DNA of 64,000 nucleotides from an uncultured Eubacteriales bacterium (GTDB taxonomy: Bacteria; Bacillota; Clostridia; Oscillospirales; Oscillospiraceae), in the NCBI GenBank assembly GCA_900317425.1, contig ONGR01000002.1:40112-104111 (forward strand), in the 5' to 3' direction. Below, piece by piece: positions 1-10,311 of this stretch. Position numbers and translations under genes: made by a program. Below the pieces are notes generated by a model, which searched no databases, had not been told where the DNA came from, and worked only from the letters and a program-made list of their open reading frames with translations. The number at the start of each line of letters is the position of its first letter. Position 1 is the stretch's first letter.

Positions 1-1115
1 CGACGACGCTGGAAAAGCCGATGCAGGTGCGCCGGGCCGCAGCCTGCGCGATCAACGGCATGAGCTCGCCGGGGCGGGGGGACCACCCTGCCTCCCGTGC
101 CGCAGAGGAGACGGCTTTCCGCTGCCGGACGGAGGCGGCAGAGTTGTTTGACGTCGATAAGCCGGAGAACGTGATCTTTACCTTCAATGCTACCCACGGC
201 CTGAATATCGCCATTCGATCCCTGGTCCGGCCCGGATGCCGAGTGGTGATATCCGGCTACGAGCATAACGCCGTGACCCGCGTGCTTCACGCCATCGACG
301 ACGTGACGGTGACGGTGATCGACACGCCGCCGTTTCGGCCGGATCTGGCGGCGGAGGAGTTTGAGACAGCCATCGGCGCCGGAGCGGACGCGGTCATCTG
401 CAACCACGTGTCCAACGTGTTCGGCTGCATCCAGCCGCTGGAGCGGATCGCCGGAAGCTGCCGCAAGCGCGGCATTCCGCTGATCGTGGATGCATCCCAA
501 TCCGCCGGCGTGCTGCCGGTGCGGATGGATGAGCTGGGGGCGGCCTTTATCGCTATGCCGGGGCACAAGGGACTCTACGGCCCACAGGGAACGGGCCTGC
601 TGCTGTGCGGAGCGGATGCCGCGCCCATCCTCTTTGGCGGCACGGGCAGTGCGTCGCGCCTGCAGGAGATGCCGGAGGATCTGCCGGACCGGCTGGAGGC
701 TGGGACCCACAACATGCCCGGCATTGCGGGCTTGCTGGAGGGCATCCGGTTCGTCAAGCGGACGGGGACGGAGAGGATCCTGGCCCATGAGCAGCGGCTT
801 GCCGCCCGGGCGGCAGAGCTTTTGGAAGAGATCCCGGGCGTCCGGGTCTACGGGGCAGACGATCCCGACGACCAAGCGGGCGTGCTGTCCTTTCAGGCGG
901 AAGGCCGGGACTGCGAAGAACTGGGCGCCGGACTGGCGCAGCGCGGTATCGCCGTGCGCTCCGGACTTCACTGCGCGCCGCTGGCGCACCGCACGGCGGG
1001 GACCCTGGAGCAGGGAACGGTACGGATCAGCTTTTCGGTCTTCAATACGCTGGACCAGGTGGATGAGTTTGCCGCCCAGTTGAGGCAGATACTTCGTGAA
1101 AATGTAACATTCTAG
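1..1115 (+). CDS. Cysteine desulfurase-family class V aminotransferase (5' end upstream of window)
   Basis: Frame is open from nt 3. Motifs SGYEHNAV, HKGLYGPQGTGLL (PLP-Lys region), GTHNMPGIAGL and RSGLHCAP are typical of NifS/Csd-like enzymes. Confidence 0.8.
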   Translation, partial: TTLEKPMQVRRAAACAINGMSSPGRGDHPASRAAEETAFRCRTEAAELFDVDKPENVIFTFNATHGLNIAIRSLVRPGCRVVISGYEHNAVTRVLHAIDDVTVTVIDTPPFRPDLAAEEFETAIGAGADAVICNHVSNVFGCIQPLERIAGSCRKRGIPLIVDASQSAGVLPVRMDELGAAFIAMPGHKGLYGPQGTGLLLCGADAAPILFGGTGSASRLQEMPEDLPDRLEAGTHNMPGIAGLLEGIRFVKRTGTERILAHEQRLAARAAELLEEIPGVRVYGADDPDDQAGVLSFQAEGRDCEELGAGLAQRGIAVRSGLHCAPLAHRTAGTLEQGTVRISFSVFNTLDQVDEFAAQLRQILRENVTF

Positions 1116-1129
1116 ACACACATTTTTTG

Positions 1130-1158
1130 TTGCAATTTCCCAATATTTTTTATATAAT
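1130..1158 (+). promoter_or_regulatory. Sigma-A type promoter upstream of cdaA
   Basis: TTGCAA (1130-1135), 17-nt spacer, TATAAT (1153-1158), in an AT-rich gap. Confidence 0.55.
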
Positions 1159-1200
1159 AGATAATACCTATGAGTATGCGCAGACGGAAAGGAATTGCCC

Positions 1201-2088
1201 ATGGAAAAGGTTTTGTCTGTATTAGAAAATATTGGGAGATACTTACTGCTGATCCGACCTATCGACGTGCTGGATATGGCCATTATCGCCTATCTGGTCT
1301 ACCGGCTGTTGAAGCTGGTCAAGAGCAAGCGGGCCGAGAACATCCTGAAGGGTGTGGCGGTGTTTCTGCTGGCGCTGTGGGTGAGTCAGGCGCTGCAGCT
1401 CAACGCCATCAACTACGTGCTCAAACACATTGTGGAGTTCGGCGTTCTGGCGCTGATCATCGTGTTCCAGCCGGAGATCCGACAGCTGCTGGAGAATCTG
1501 GGCAGCCGCAATATCCAGCTGCTGCAGCTGTTTTCTCCGGAGGTACGGGCCACGGAGCTGGAGCAGGCCATCGACCAGACGGTGATCGCCTGCACGGAGA
1601 TGTCCAAGACCCGTACCGGCGTGCTGATCGTCTTTGAGCGGAAGCTGCTGCTGGACGACATCGTCCGCACCGGCACCACCCTGGACGCGGCGGTGTCCAG
1701 CGAGCTGCTGAAGAACATCTTTTTCGTGAAGGCGCCTATGCATGACGGCGCGGTGATCATCCGGGACGGCCGGATCCTGGGTGCCGGCTGTATGCTGCCG
1801 CTGTCCAAGAACACCAATCTGAGCCGCGATCTGGGCATGCGGCACCGCGCCGGCATCGGCATGAGCGAGAATTCCGACGCGGTGGTGGTCATCGTTTCGG
1901 AGGAGACGGGCTCTATCTCGGTGGCCCTGGGCGGCATGCTGAAGCGGCATCTGATGCCGGAGACGCTGAGCAAGCTGCTGCGCAACGAACTGATGCCCGC
2001 ACCGGAGGAGGAGACCGCCAAGCAGAGTGCCGGGCTGCTGAGTCAGTTGTTTGGCCGCGGGAGAGGAGAGCAAAATGGAGAAGACTAA
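1201..2088 (+). CDS. cdaA: Diadenylate cyclase CdaA (c-di-AMP synthase)
   Basis: N-terminal TM helices plus DAC domain motifs (PMHDGAVII, RHRAGIGMSE, SDAVVVIVSEETGSISVA). ATG 1201 sits behind a GGAAAGGA SD and is preferred over TTG 1195. Confidence 0.9.
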   Translation: MEKVLSVLENIGRYLLLIRPIDVLDMAIIAYLVYRLLKLVKSKRAENILKGVAVFLLALWVSQALQLNAINYVLKHIVEFGVLALIIVFQPEIRQLLENLGSRNIQLLQLFSPEVRATELEQAIDQTVIACTEMSKTRTGVLIVFERKLLLDDIVRTGTTLDAAVSSELLKNIFFVKAPMHDGAVIIRDGRILGAGCMLPLSKNTNLSRDLGMRHRAGIGMSENSDAVVVIVSEETGSISVALGGMLKRHLMPETLSKLLRNELMPAPEEETAKQSAGLLSQLFGRGRGEQNGED

Positions 2089-3355
2089 AGGCAGGATGAC
2101 CCTGCGGATCATCATTTCGATTTTGGTCGCCATTGCTGTCTGGCTCTATGTGGATATCGGCCAGGCCACCACGGTGACGACCCGCGTGCGTGACGTGCCG
2201 GTGGAGTTCTCCGGTGAGAACGGCATACTGGCCGACCGGGGGCTGATGCTGCTCAGCGGGTATGATACCACCATCGATCTGAAGATCGAGGGGCCCCGGC
2301 GTGTGCTGTGGAAGATGGACAAGGACGCCATCCGCATCGTGGCGGACACCTCCGGTATCACGGAAACCGGCGTCCAGGCGCTGACCTATCAGGTGGTTTT
2401 TCCGGACAATATCCCCCGCAGCGAGCTGAAAGTGGAGGCCAGCGCCTATACCGTCACGGTGACGGTGGGCGAGCTGCACACCAAGGAGATCCCGGTCCGC
2501 TGCGAGATCGTCGGCGAGCTGGCGGACGGCTTCCATGCCGAGGCGGTACAGCTGGATCCTGCGGTATTGGTCTTGCGGGGTCAGCGTGACGATCTGCTGA
2601 ACGTCAGCTACGCCAAGATCGTTCTGGACGTCAGCGGGGCCAGCAAGACGGTGATCCAGGGCATCGCGTATACCCTGTATGACTATAACGACGTACCCGT
2701 GGAGAACGAGAACATCCGCACCAGCACCAAGATGATCCAGGCGACGCTGCCGGTCTATACCACCAAGACGGTGCCGCTGGTCATCAACTTTGTGGAGGCT
2801 CCCGGCTCCACGGAGGATACGATGGAGTGCACCATCGTTCCCCAGAGCGTGACGCTGGCCGGCGAGAAGACAGTGCTGGACGACATTGATTCCATCGTCC
2901 TGGGTGAGATCTATCTGCAGGATCTGACCGGCTCCCAGACGGTGGTCTACGATATCCCCGTTCCCGAGGGCACCACGCTGGTGGATGACGTCTCCCAGGC
3001 CACGGCGACCATCGTGGTGACGGGCGTGACGGAGCGGACGCTGACGGTGACGAAATTCGGGCTGACCGGCGTGCCCGAGGGGTACACGGCCGAAACGGTG
3101 ACGGAGAGCCTCAATATCGTCATGCGCGGTCTGACCAAGGAGATCGAGGCGCTGAAGGCGGAGAATATCACGGTGACAGCCGACTTGTCCGAGATCACGG
3201 AGGCCGGAAACTATACCGTGCCGGTGACCGTGGAGGTTTCCGGTTCTGCCAACGTGAGCGCCAAGGGCAACTACCAGATCATCGTCCACGTTGCGCCGGC
3301 GGAGAGCAATGAAACCGGCGGAACGGGCAATGCCGATAACGCCGGAAACGGCTGA
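2075..3355 (+). CDS. cdaR: CdaR / YbbR-domain regulator of CdaA
   Basis: N-terminal TM followed by repeated YbbR-like beta-rich modules. Overlaps the cdaA 3' end as in cdaA-cdaR operons. ATG 2075 has a GGAGAGGAG SD. Confidence 0.8.
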   Translation: MEKTKGRMTLRIIISILVAIAVWLYVDIGQATTVTTRVRDVPVEFSGENGILADRGLMLLSGYDTTIDLKIEGPRRVLWKMDKDAIRIVADTSGITETGVQALTYQVVFPDNIPRSELKVEASAYTVTVTVGELHTKEIPVRCEIVGELADGFHAEAVQLDPAVLVLRGQRDDLLNVSYAKIVLDVSGASKTVIQGIAYTLYDYNDVPVENENIRTSTKMIQATLPVYTTKTVPLVINFVEAPGSTEDTMECTIVPQSVTLAGEKTVLDDIDSIVLGEIYLQDLTGSQTVVYDIPVPEGTTLVDDVSQATATIVVTGVTERTLTVTKFGLTGVPEGYTAETVTESLNIVMRGLTKEIEALKAENITVTADLSEITEAGNYTVPVTVEVSGSANVSAKGNYQIIVHVAPAESNETGGTGNADNAGNG

Positions 3356-3379
3356 TCCTCCGGAAAGGAGTTTAAGAAC

Positions 3380-3784
3380 ATGACACAAATTGCAACGGTG
3401 GAGGAGATCCTCTCCGGCGGCTACGCCAGGATCTCTGTACCTCGTAAGTCCGCCTGCGGACATGACTGTGAGCAGTGCGCCGGCTGCGGTATGACCGGCG
3501 CCGCCATTCGGGCGAAAGCGAAGAACGACCCCGGCGCCCAGCCCGGCCAGAAGGTGGTCGTGGAGAGCAGCACGAAGAAGCTGCTGGGTGTGGTGGTGCT
3601 GGTGTATATTCTGCCGGTGATCTGCTTCCTGCTGGGCTACTTCCTGTCGGAGGGACTGGCTGAGTCGGTGCGGTACGTGATCGCCATTGCGGCGGCCGCG
3701 CTGGCGTTCATTCCCTGCGTGGTGTACGACCGATATGCCAGACGCAAAGAGATCCTGACCTACACGATCCTGCGGGTGTTCTGA
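3380..3784 (+). CDS. RseC/MucC-family (SoxR-reducing system) small membrane protein
   Basis: N-terminal beta domain with SACGHDCEQCAGCG Cys cluster, then two TM helices. Architecture fits the RseC family. Confidence 0.6.
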   Translation: MTQIATVEEILSGGYARISVPRKSACGHDCEQCAGCGMTGAAIRAKAKNDPGAQPGQKVVVESSTKKLLGVVVLVYILPVICFLLGYFLSEGLAESVRYVIAIAAAALAFIPCVVYDRYARRKEILTYTILRVF

Positions 3785-3785
3785 G

Positions 3786-4655
3786 GTGTTCGGTTACGTG
3801 CGCCCGGCTTTGGACAAGCTGGATGAGGAGAACCGGGATCGGTTTCAGGCCGCTTACTGCGGCCTGTGCCACACGCTGGGCAGACGGTACGGGTTCACAG
3901 CCCGTCTGTTCCTCAACTATGATCTGACGTTCCTGGCCATGCTGTTGGGCCACCGTTGCGGAAGCTCTGACCGGCACTGCGTGGTGCATCCGATCCGAAA
4001 GCGTCCCTGCGCCTGTGAGAGCGAAGCGCTGGACACGGCGGCGGATCTGAGCGTGATCCTGCTGTGGTGGCAGCTGCAGGACGGCATTGCGGACCACGGC
4101 TTTTTCAGAGGACTGAAATACCGGGCGGCCTCGCTTCTGCTGCGCAGGGCCTACCGGAAGGCGAGCGTGCGGCAGCCGTCCTTTGACGAGAACACCCGGC
4201 TCCGGCTGGACGAGCTGTCCCGCCTGGAGCGGGAGAATTGCCCCGCTGTCGATCCGCCTGCGGACTGCTTTGCGCGGCTGCTGGCCCATGCTTCGGAGAG
4301 CGAGCCGGACCCGACCAGGCGCCTGGTTTTGGCGCAGCTGCTCTACCACCTGGGCCGCTGGATCTATCTGGTGGATGCGGCGGACGATCTGAAGAAGGAT
4401 CTGCGCCGGGGAGATTACAATCCCGTGGCGCTGCGGTACTCCCATGAAAACGGACAGCTGACCGCTGAGAGTCGCGCGGAACTGGGCCAGACGCTGGATC
4501 AATCCGTGCGTATGATGGCAGCAGCCTTCGAACTGGCTGACTTCGGCGACTACGGGAAGGTGATCGAGAGCGTGGTTTACGAGGGGCTCTATCTGGTGGG
4601 AGCGGCGGTGTTGAGCGGAACCTTCCGCCGGCGGCCCAAAAGCGAGAAACGGTAA
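3786..4655 (+). CDS. DUF5685-family protein
   Basis: GTG start. N-terminus MFGYVRP...YCGLCHTLGRRYG matches my recollection of the DUF5685 signature. Function unknown. Confidence 0.55.
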   Translation: MFGYVRPALDKLDEENRDRFQAAYCGLCHTLGRRYGFTARLFLNYDLTFLAMLLGHRCGSSDRHCVVHPIRKRPCACESEALDTAADLSVILLWWQLQDGIADHGFFRGLKYRAASLLLRRAYRKASVRQPSFDENTRLRLDELSRLERENCPAVDPPADCFARLLAHASESEPDPTRRLVLAQLLYHLGRWIYLVDAADDLKKDLRRGDYNPVALRYSHENGQLTAESRAELGQTLDQSVRMMAAAFELADFGDYGKVIESVVYEGLYLVGAAVLSGTFRRRPKSEKR

Positions 4656-4673
4656 GAAAGGCAGGATCTGCAT

Positions 4674-5315
4674 ATGCGTGATCCCTATCAGGTTCTGGGT
4701 GTACCCAGCACGGCTACGGATGAGGAGGTCAAAAAGGCCTACCGCAATCTGGCCCGCAAGTACCACCCGGACAACTATCACGACAATCCCCTGGCCGATC
4801 TGGCCCAGGAGCGCATGAAAGAGATCAACGAGGCCTATGAGACCATTCAGTCTCAGCGCAAGGGCCACAGCGGTTACGCCCAGAGCGGCTATAGCAGCTA
4901 TACGGGCGGCTATACCTCCGGCAGCTACAGTGGCGGCTATTACGGCTCCGATCCCCTGTTTCAGCGGGTGCGCGCGGCCATCAGTCAGGGGAACCTGAAC
5001 CTGGCGGAGGAGCTTTTGAACACCAGGACGGATCACGACGGGGAGTGGAATTTCCTCAAGGGATCGATCTGCTATCGCCGGGGCTGGATGGATGAGGCCA
5101 GACGGTATTTCGAAACGGCGGTGCAGATGGACCCGGACAACGGGGAGTACCGCCATGCGCTGGACGTGATGGAGGGCCGGCAGAGCGCGTATCAGCCCGA
5201 CGGCTACCGGGCCATGACAACGGCCGGATGTGGAAATGATACGCTCAGCCGTATCTGCGGTACGCTGCTGTGCATCAATTGCCTGTCCGGCGGCGGATGC
5301 TATTTCTGCTGCTGA
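4674..5315 (+). CDS. J-domain protein with G/S/Y-rich linker, TPR-like region and Cys-rich C-terminal tail
   Basis: DPYQVLGV...[14 protein letters not shown] (HPD motif), then GYxSG repeats. C-terminus is [19 protein letters not shown]. Confidence 0.8.
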   Translation: MRDPYQVLGVPSTATDEEVKKAYRNLARKYHPDNYHDNPLADLAQERMKEINEAYETIQSQRKGHSGYAQSGYSSYTGGYTSGSYSGGYYGSDPLFQRVRAAISQGNLNLAEELLNTRTDHDGEWNFLKGSICYRRGWMDEARRYFETAVQMDPDNGEYRHALDVMEGRQSAYQPDGYRAMTTAGCGNDTLSRICGTLLCINCLSGGGCYFCC

Positions 5316-5336
5316 GAATAGAAGGGAGAGAGACGA

Positions 5337-6215
5337 GTGGTAAAGAGCATGACCGGCTACGGCCGGGCGAGAGAGACGAGAAACAAGCGGGATATCACCG
5401 TGGAGATCCGCAGTGTGAACAACCGATATCTGGACTGTACGGTGAAGATGCCCCGGGCCTATATCTTCGCCGAGGACGCCATCAAGGCCCGGGTGCAGAA
5501 GGCCATCTCCCGGGGCAAGGTGGACGTGTTCGTGACCATTGATACCAGCGCCGCCGACGTGACGGTGGTATCGGTGAACGAGCCTCTGGCCAGAGGGTAT
5601 TACGAGGCGCTGAGCAAGCTGCAGAGCACCTTCTCCCTGGAGGGGGAGATCACCGCTGCGACGCTGGCCAGGTTCCCCGACGTGCTGACCGTCACCAAGG
5701 CGGAGGAGGACGTGGAGACCGTCTCCGCCGATATCTGCGCCGTGCTGGATGAGGCGCTGGCAGCTTACAACGCCATGCGGGCCGTGGAGGGCCGAAAGCT
5801 GGCGGAGGATATCGCCGGCCGCGTCACCACCATCGAGACGGTGGTGGGCAAGGTGGAGGAACGCTCGCCCCAGACGGTGGCGGCATATCGGGAACGGCTG
5901 GAAAATAAGATGCGGGAGGTCCTGCAGTCCACCACCATCGACGAGAGCCGTATCCTGACCGAGGCTGCCATCTTTGCCGACAAGGTGGCTGTAGACGAGG
6001 AGACCGTCCGTCTGCGCAGCCATATCGCCCAGCTGCGGGATATGCTGCAGGGCAGCGAGCCGGTGGGCCGGAAGCTGGACTTCCTGATCCAGGAGGTCAA
6101 CCGGGAGTGCAACACCATCGGCTCCAAGTGCAACGATCTGGCCATCGCCCAGGACGTGGTGAACATGAAGGCCGAGGTGGAGAAGATCCGCGAGCAGGTC
6201 CAGAACATCGAGTGA
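5337..6215 (+). CDS. yicC: YicC-family stress-induced protein (endoribonuclease)
   Basis: [12 protein letters not shown]-terminus and C-terminal [18 protein letters not shown] motif are typical of YicC. Confidence 0.88.
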   Translation: MVKSMTGYGRARETRNKRDITVEIRSVNNRYLDCTVKMPRAYIFAEDAIKARVQKAISRGKVDVFVTIDTSAADVTVVSVNEPLARGYYEALSKLQSTFSLEGEITAATLARFPDVLTVTKAEEDVETVSADICAVLDEALAAYNAMRAVEGRKLAEDIAGRVTTIETVVGKVEERSPQTVAAYRERLENKMREVLQSTTIDESRILTEAAIFADKVAVDEETVRLRSHIAQLRDMLQGSEPVGRKLDFLIQEVNRECNTIGSKCNDLAIAQDVVNMKAEVEKIREQVQNIE

Positions 6216-6231
6216 CGAAGCGGAGGACAAT

Positions 6232-6492
6232 ATGCAGCTGATCAACATCGGTTTTGGCAATCTGGTGTCGGCCCAGCGTCTGCTGGCCGTGGTCAGTCCG
6301 GACAGCGCGCCCATCAAGCGGCTGATCCAGGAGGCCCGGGATCGGGGTATGCTGATCGACGCCACCTACGGGCGCAAGACGGCGTCCGTTCTGATCATGG
6401 ATAGCGACCATGTGGTGCTGTCGGCTCTTTCAACGGAGAAGCTGGCACCACGTATGGGCTTGACGATAGAAAACTGGGAGGAAGAGATTTGA
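6232..6492 (+). CDS. remA: RemA/DUF370 family regulator
   Basis: INIGFGN...[29 protein letters not shown] is the RemA signature. yicC-remA-gmk-rpoZ synteny. Confidence 0.88.
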   Translation: MQLINIGFGNLVSAQRLLAVVSPDSAPIKRLIQEARDRGMLIDATYGRKTASVLIMDSDHVVLSALSTEKLAPRMGLTIENWEEEI

Positions 6493-7088
6493 ACAGAAGA
6501 GGAAAGACGTTTATCGTATCCGGCCCCTCCGGCGTGGGAAAGAGCACCGTCCTGCGCGCCTTGTTCCAGGGCCGGGATGACCTGTATTTTTCCGTTTCCG
6601 CCACCACCCGGCCACCCCGGGAGGGCGAGGTGGACGGAAAGGACTACCATTTCATCACCGCGGATCGGTTCCGCAGCATGATCGAAGAGGACGCATTCCT
6701 GGAATACGCGGAATACGTCAGCACTTTCTACGGTACCCCCAAGAAATACGTGGACGAGGCCATGGACGCCGGCAAGGACGCGATCCTGGACATTGAGATC
6801 CAGGGTGCCGCCCAGGTGAGCGCCAAGCGCCCCGACACGGTGCGCATCTTCATTGCGCCTCCCAGTTGGGAGGAACTGGAGCGCCGCCTCACCGCCCGGG
6901 GCACCGACACCCCGGAGAAGATCCAGAAGCGTTTGCTCCGGGCCAAGGTGGAGCTGGACTCCGCCAGCGGCTACGACTACTTTGTCATCAACGACACGGT
7001 GGAGCAGGCGGTGGAGGAGCTGCGTGCCATTCTGCTGGCCGAACATTGCCGCCCCGCCGAGCGGATGGATCTCATTTGCAACAGGTAA
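6489..7088 (+). CDS. gmk: Guanylate kinase
   Basis: P-loop [10 protein letters not shown] plus [20 protein letters not shown] start behind a GGGAGGA SD. Confidence 0.92.
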   Translation: MNRRGKTFIVSGPSGVGKSTVLRALFQGRDDLYFSVSATTRPPREGEVDGKDYHFITADRFRSMIEEDAFLEYAEYVSTFYGTPKKYVDEAMDAGKDAILDIEIQGAAQVSAKRPDTVRIFIAPPSWEELERRLTARGTDTPEKIQKRLLRAKVELDSASGYDYFVINDTVEQAVEELRAILLAEHCRPAERMDLICNR

Positions 7089-7134
7089 AATCGTACATTA
7101 TATCGCCGAAAGGCAGATTGGAAGGTAATATATT

Positions 7135-7350
7135 ATGATGCTGTATCCCGCAATGAACAAGCTGACCGAGCACGTTCCCAACCGCTATATGATGGTCAAC
7201 GTGGTGGCGCGCCGCGCCCGCCAGATCGCCGAGGAGGCGGAGAAGAACGAGGAGCATCTGACCGAGAAGCCTGTCACCATGGCCATCAACGAGGTGGCAG
7301 AGGGCAAGTTCGAGGCCAGTACCATCGACACCGAGATCGAAGAGGACTAA
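7135..7350 (+). CDS. rpoZ: DNA-directed RNA polymerase subunit omega
   Basis: NRYMMVNVVARRARQI motif. Size and position after gmk fit. Confidence 0.9.
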   Translation: MMLYPAMNKLTEHVPNRYMMVNVVARRARQIAEEAEKNEEHLTEKPVTMAINEVAEGKFEASTIDTEIEED

Positions 7351-7384
7351 AGGACAAGAAAACGGCCGGAGGGAGGGATTGTCG

Positions 7385-9799
7385 GTGCCGCAGATCGCGA
7401 AAGTCGCCGTGGAAGCGGCGACCTATGCCATTGACAAGCCCTACGACTATCTGGCACCGGAAGATGCGCAGCCCGGCCAGCGGGTGCTGATCCCCTTCGG
7501 ACGCGGCAATCGCACCAGCGAAGGGGTGATCCTCTCAGTGCGCCGCGAGGTGCCGGAGAAGCCCCTCAAGGCCATCCGGGAGCTGCTGGACGCCGAGCCC
7601 GTGGTCACGGAACGGGAGATCAGGTTGGCCCTGTGGATGCGCCAGCGGTATTTCTGCACGTTTTACGATGCCATCCACACCATCCTGCCGGCCGCCGTCT
7701 GGTTTCGCTACCGGGAGATCTGGCAGGCGGGAGAGGAAACGCCGGATGCAGAACTTTCCCAAAGGGAGAGGGACGTGCTGGACTTGCTGCGCTCCGAGCC
7801 CCTGGAGACCGACGCGCTGAAAGAACAGTTCGGCGAGACGGTGGTCCCGCTGCTGCGCCAGATGGAAAAGCGCGGCCTGGTCAGCGCGGTGACCCGGAGC
7901 GATCGAAAGATCCGGGACAAGGTGGTCACCATGGCGTCTCTGGCTGTGAGCGCCGAGCAGGCGCTGGAGAAACTGAACGGCAAGGCCCCCCGACAGACGG
8001 ATGCGGTGAAGCTGCTCATCCAGGCGGGTGAGACCTCCGTCCACGATCTGATCTACTTTACCGGCGTGAGCCGCCAAGGTCTGAACAGTCTGGAGAAGAA
8101 GGGCATCATTCGACTTTGGCAGCAGGAGGAGTATCGCATCTCTTCTGGAGACTATGCTGTAAAGGCAACGGACATTACACTGAATGATGAGCAGCAGCAG
8201 GTCTTTGAGGAGATCCTGGGGCAGTCTCTTTCCGGCAAAGCCGGCGTGACGGCGCTGGAGGGCGTTACCGGAAGCGGTAAAACGCTGATCTATATTCGCC
8301 TGGCGCAGGAGCTGTTGCGGCGGGGCAAGACCGCCATGATCCTGGTGCCGGAGATCGCGCTGACACCCCAGATGATGGCCCGCTTTACCGCCTATTTCGG
8401 CGACGAGGTGGCTCTGCTCCACAGCGGTCTGCGGATGACGGAACGATACGACCAGTACAAGCGGATACGTCGTGGAGAAGCCCATATCGTGCTGGGCACC
8501 CGGTCGGCGGTGTTTGCGCCGCTGGAGGATATCGGACTCATCGTACTGGACGAGGAACAGGAGGGCTCCTACGAATCGGAAAACGCCCCCTGCTACCATG
8601 CCCGGGACATCGCCAAATACCGATGTGTACAGGAGAATGCCCGGCTGGTGCTGGGCTCCGCCACGCCGACGGTGGAGACGGCCTACTACGCCCGGCAGGG
8701 CAGCTATTCTCTTTCCCGCCTTCGCCGACGCTACAACGAGAAAAACCTGCCCCAGGTGCTGCTGGTGGATATGCGCAGGGAACTGCGGGACGGCTGTACC
8801 GGCGCCGTCAGCCGGGATCTGGCCCGGGAACTGCAGGCGAACATTGACGCCGGCGAGCAGAGCATATTGTTTTTGAACCGGCGGGGCAACAGCCGCCAAC
8901 TGCTCTGTCCCAACTGCGGCTACGTGCCCCAGTGTCCCCGCTGCAGCGTCTATCTGACGTATCACTCCGCCAACGGACGGCTGATGTGCCATCACTGCGG
9001 CCACTCGGAAAAGGCCCCTGAGACCTGCCCCGACTGCGGCGGGCCCCTCAAGCACATGGGAGTTGGCACCCAGAAGGTGGAGGAGGAGCTGCAAACACTG
9101 TTTCCCGGAACGGAGATCCTGCGGATGGACGCGGATACCGTAGGCGCGGGACACGAAAAGTTGCTCAGAGAATTTGAGGAAAAGAAGATCCCCATCCTGT
9201 TGGGCACCCAGATGGTGGCCAAGGGGTTGGATTTTGAGAACGTGACGCTGGTGGGCGTTCTGGCGGCGGACATGAGTCTGTACGTGGACCACTACCGGGC
9301 ATCAGAGCGCACGTTCAGCCTGCTGACCCAGGTGGTGGGCCGGGCCGGACGGGGCGAGAAGACCGGACGGGCTGTCATCCAGACCTATACCCCGGAAAAC
9401 GACGTGATCCGGGCGGCGGCGCAGCAGGATTACGAGCGGTTCTACGAGGGGGAGATCCGGATGCGCCGCATCCGCCGGGATCCGCCCTTTGCCGATCAGT
9501 TTGTGATCACAGTGGCGGGAGCCGAGGAGTCGGAGGTGCGCCGGGCCTGCATGGAACTGCAGCGGAGCCTGCGTGCCGCAGCGGTGAAACCGCCCTACGA
9601 CGCATTGGAACTGGAGATCCTCGGTCCGGCACCGGCACCGGTGGTGAAGGTGAACAACCGTTACCGCTACCGTGTCACGGTGATCGGACGGAACGAGAAG
9701 ATCCTGCGGGATCTGATCGCCGCATTTATGAAGGAATTTGCCCGGCGAAAAGAAAACCGGAACATGAATATTTTTACAGATTGCAATCGCATGGATTGA
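7385..9799 (+). CDS. priA: Primosomal protein N' (replication restart helicase PriA)
   Basis: Walker A GVTGSGKT, DEEQ box and Cys-rich zinc-binding insert (CPNCG...CPRC...CHHCG...CPDCG). GTG 7385 or TTG 7379 start. Confidence 0.92.
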   Translation: MPQIAKVAVEAATYAIDKPYDYLAPEDAQPGQRVLIPFGRGNRTSEGVILSVRREVPEKPLKAIRELLDAEPVVTEREIRLALWMRQRYFCTFYDAIHTILPAAVWFRYREIWQAGEETPDAELSQRERDVLDLLRSEPLETDALKEQFGETVVPLLRQMEKRGLVSAVTRSDRKIRDKVVTMASLAVSAEQALEKLNGKAPRQTDAVKLLIQAGETSVHDLIYFTGVSRQGLNSLEKKGIIRLWQQEEYRISSGDYAVKATDITLNDEQQQVFEEILGQSLSGKAGVTALEGVTGSGKTLIYIRLAQELLRRGKTAMILVPEIALTPQMMARFTAYFGDEVALLHSGLRMTERYDQYKRIRRGEAHIVLGTRSAVFAPLEDIGLIVLDEEQEGSYESENAPCYHARDIAKYRCVQENARLVLGSATPTVETAYYARQGSYSLSRLRRRYNEKNLPQVLLVDMRRELRDGCTGAVSRDLARELQANIDAGEQSILFLNRRGNSRQLLCPNCGYVPQCPRCSVYLTYHSANGRLMCHHCGHSEKAPETCPDCGGPLKHMGVGTQKVEEELQTLFPGTEILRMDADTVGAGHEKLLREFEEKKIPILLGTQMVAKGLDFENVTLVGVLAADMSLYVDHYRASERTFSLLTQVVGRAGRGEKTGRAVIQTYTPENDVIRAAAQQDYERFYEGEIRMRRIRRDPPFADQFVITVAGAEESEVRRACMELQRSLRAAAVKPPYDALELEILGPAPAPVVKVNNRYRYRVTVIGRNEKILRDLIAAFMKEFARRKENRNMNIFTDCNRMD

Positions 9800-9810
9800 G
9801 AGGGATCAAC

Positions 9811-10311
9811 ATGGCTTTGAGGAAGATCGTAGTACAGGGAGACGAGTGTCTGACCAAGAAGTGCCGGGTGGTGACGGATTTCAATGCCCGACTCCACATG
9901 CTGCTGGACGACATGGCAGAGACGCTGGTGGACAGCGGCGGCGTGGGCCTGGCGGCGCCCCAGGTGGGCGTGCTGCGCCGGGTGTGCGTGGTGATGAACG
10001 AGGACGACGAGATCATTGAGCTCATCAACCCGGAGATCATCGCCACCGAGGGCGAACAGACCGGGCTGGAGGGCTGTCTGAGCGTGCCGGGTAAATACGG
10101 CATCGTGACCCGTCCCTATATTGTCCGGGTGCGGGCACAGGACCGCAACGGCGACTATTTTGAGGTGGAGGACGAGGGCCTGACCGCCCGCTGCTTCTGC
10201 CACGAGATCGAGCATCTGGACGGCCATCTCTTCGTGGAGCACACGGATCGCCTGCTCTCCGGCGAGGAGCTGGAGGAGTTTATCCGTCAGCAGGAGGAAG
10301 AGGACGAATGA
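9811..10311 (+). CDS. def: Peptide deformylase
   Basis: GVGLAAPQVG, EGCLSVPG and HEIEHLDG motifs. ATG 9811 is chosen over the longer ORF. Confidence 0.93.
   Translation: MALRKIVVQGDECLTKKCRVVTDFNARLHMLLDDMAETLVDSGGVGLAAPQVGVLRRVCVVMNEDDEIIELINPEIIATEGEQTGLEGCLSVPGKYGIVTRPYIVRVRAQDRNGDYFEVEDEGLTARCFCHEIEHLDGHLFVEHTDRLLSGEELEEFIRQQEEEDE

Noticed and set aside
3708-6365. 885-aa ORF on the minus strand
   Set aside because: It lies antisense to four confidently recognised plus-strand genes: the rseC-like 3' end, DUF5685, the J-domain gene and yicC. Its translation is Arg/Gly/Ala/Leu/His-rich with no recognisable motif. It is the typical stop-free shadow frame of GC-rich coding DNA.
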